This document shows positions 63,342-64,000 of a stretch of DNA of 64,000 nucleotides, piece after piece. The translations under genes were made by a program, and so were the position numbers. Under the pieces are notes generated by a model, which saw nothing but the letters and a program-made list of their open reading frames with translations, made no database searches and was not told where the DNA came from. Numbering within the stretch: position 1 is the stretch's first letter; each line of letters starts with the position of its first letter. The stretch comes from a virus (Duplodnaviria > Caudoviricetes), in the IMG/VR virus record IMGVR_UViG_3300005326_000040, positions 192,001-256,000 of that record. One strand, written 5' to 3'.

Positions 63342-63393
63342 GTAAAATTTAGTGTAGCTTGATATATACTCCCATACGAAGGAGATTTTTCGT

Positions 63394-63711
63394 ATGGTAA
63401 GTTTTAAAAAGACAGCTGGTCCCGGTAGCGATGATTATTTGTCAGAGTTTCGTCCTATTGAAGTGGAGGTTATCAACGATCGAGTAGATATTGCCGTAAT
63501 GCGTTTTCGGACTCTTGTGACGCGAGAACGTATTATGTCTGACCTCAAGGAGGCTCAAGCTTATGAGAAGCCGTCTATGAGACGCCGACGTAAGCAGCGA
63601 GAGTCGTTACAGAGACAGCGAAAGCTTGAAAGAAGTCAGCAGTTTCGAAACCTAGAAGAGAGTAATGGCAAACGAAGACAAAAAGAAGAGCAAAAAGAAG
63701 CAAGATCCTGA
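63394..63711 (+). CDS. rpsU: ribosomal protein bS21 homolog with N- and C-terminal extensions
   Basis: IEVEV...AVMRFR...IMSDLK...YEKPSMRRRRK; AAGGAG RBS. Confidence 0.85.
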   Translation: MVSFKKTAGPGSDDYLSEFRPIEVEVINDRVDIAVMRFRTLVTRERIMSDLKEAQAYEKPSMRRRRKQRESLQRQRKLERSQQFRNLEESNGKRRQKEEQKEARS

Positions 63712-64000
63712 AGATCAGACCCCTGAATGGCTTCGTGGAGCATCCGAATTCGCAATTGATTTTGCGCATCCAGATGCTCCCGATACTCTTCCACAACCAG
63801 ACAATGACAAAGTTGAACTAGAAACGATGCAGATGTTTGACTATGTGGAGGGGAATAATATCGTCGGAGTAATTGATCGAAGGAAATTTCTTGCTCAATC
63901 CAGACGAGGCGACGGAAATAGAAAACCTATTGAGGTTCAAGCTCAAGAGGTAGAAGAAGATGTTGATTCTAAACCAGAGCCAACAATAGAGGTAGGTAGT
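63665..64000 (+). CDS. 3'-truncated hypothetical protein
   Basis: MANEDKKKSKK...; open to the window end, overlaps the bS21 3' end. Confidence 0.55.
   Translation, partial: MANEDKKKSKKKQDPEDQTPEWLRGASEFAIDFAHPDAPDTLPQPDNDKVELETMQMFDYVEGNNIVGVIDRRKFLAQSRRGDGNRKPIEVQAQEVEEDVDSKPEPTIEVGS

Noticed and set aside
1-64000. Stop-codon reassignment (code 15 or 4), common in huge phages
   Set aside because: Conserved enzymes (TopA, ClpP, FtsK, Ro60) are full-length under the standard code, genes end in TAA, TAG and TGA alike, coding density is already high, and I saw no suppressor tRNA.
1-64000. Prophage, plasmid or bacterial chromosome interpretation; integrase, transposase, rRNA
   Set aside because: I recognised no integrase, transposase, att site, rRNA or housekeeping operon. 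Isolated bS21, ClpP, TrxA and TopA among small orphan ORFs fits a huge phage better. Capsid and terminase genes are not in this window, so the phage call remains an inference.

Overview
This 64 kb window looks like part of a large (jumbo/huge) dsDNA phage genome, not a cellular chromosome. It has about 120 densely packed, mostly + strand ORFs, most of them small hypotheticals. It also carries typical huge-phage host-takeover genes: ribosomal protein bS21, a DksA/TraR-like factor, two HU/IHF-like proteins, ClpP, Hsp20, thioredoxin, topoisomerase IA, a deoxynucleoside kinase, an RNA ligase, four HNH endonuclease genes, glycosyl- and methyltransferases, and an FtsK-MoxR-vWA operon. I found five tRNA genes (Tyr, Ile, Phe, His, Arg). 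I saw no rRNA, integrase, transposase or CRISPR array, and the standard genetic code fits. The best candidate for a new system is a Ro60/TROVE gene (56248-57858) co-transcribed from a sigma70-type promoter with three paralogous structured RNAs that look like Y RNAs. All three share a GGG-N-AGUGA ... UACUUC ... CUCCC motif that differs from the known bacterial Y RNA consensus. One of them carries a full circularly permuted tRNA mimic (T arm, closed acceptor stem, D arm); the other two are minimal. Other notable items are a tRNA-shaped RNA with a 73-nt structured variable arm, structured and possibly switchable leaders on both tRNA clusters, two recurrent promoter-like motifs (one feeding apparently leaderless genes), and a papain protease paired with a Cys-rich lipoprotein. 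All family calls come from motif recognition by eye; no database search was run.
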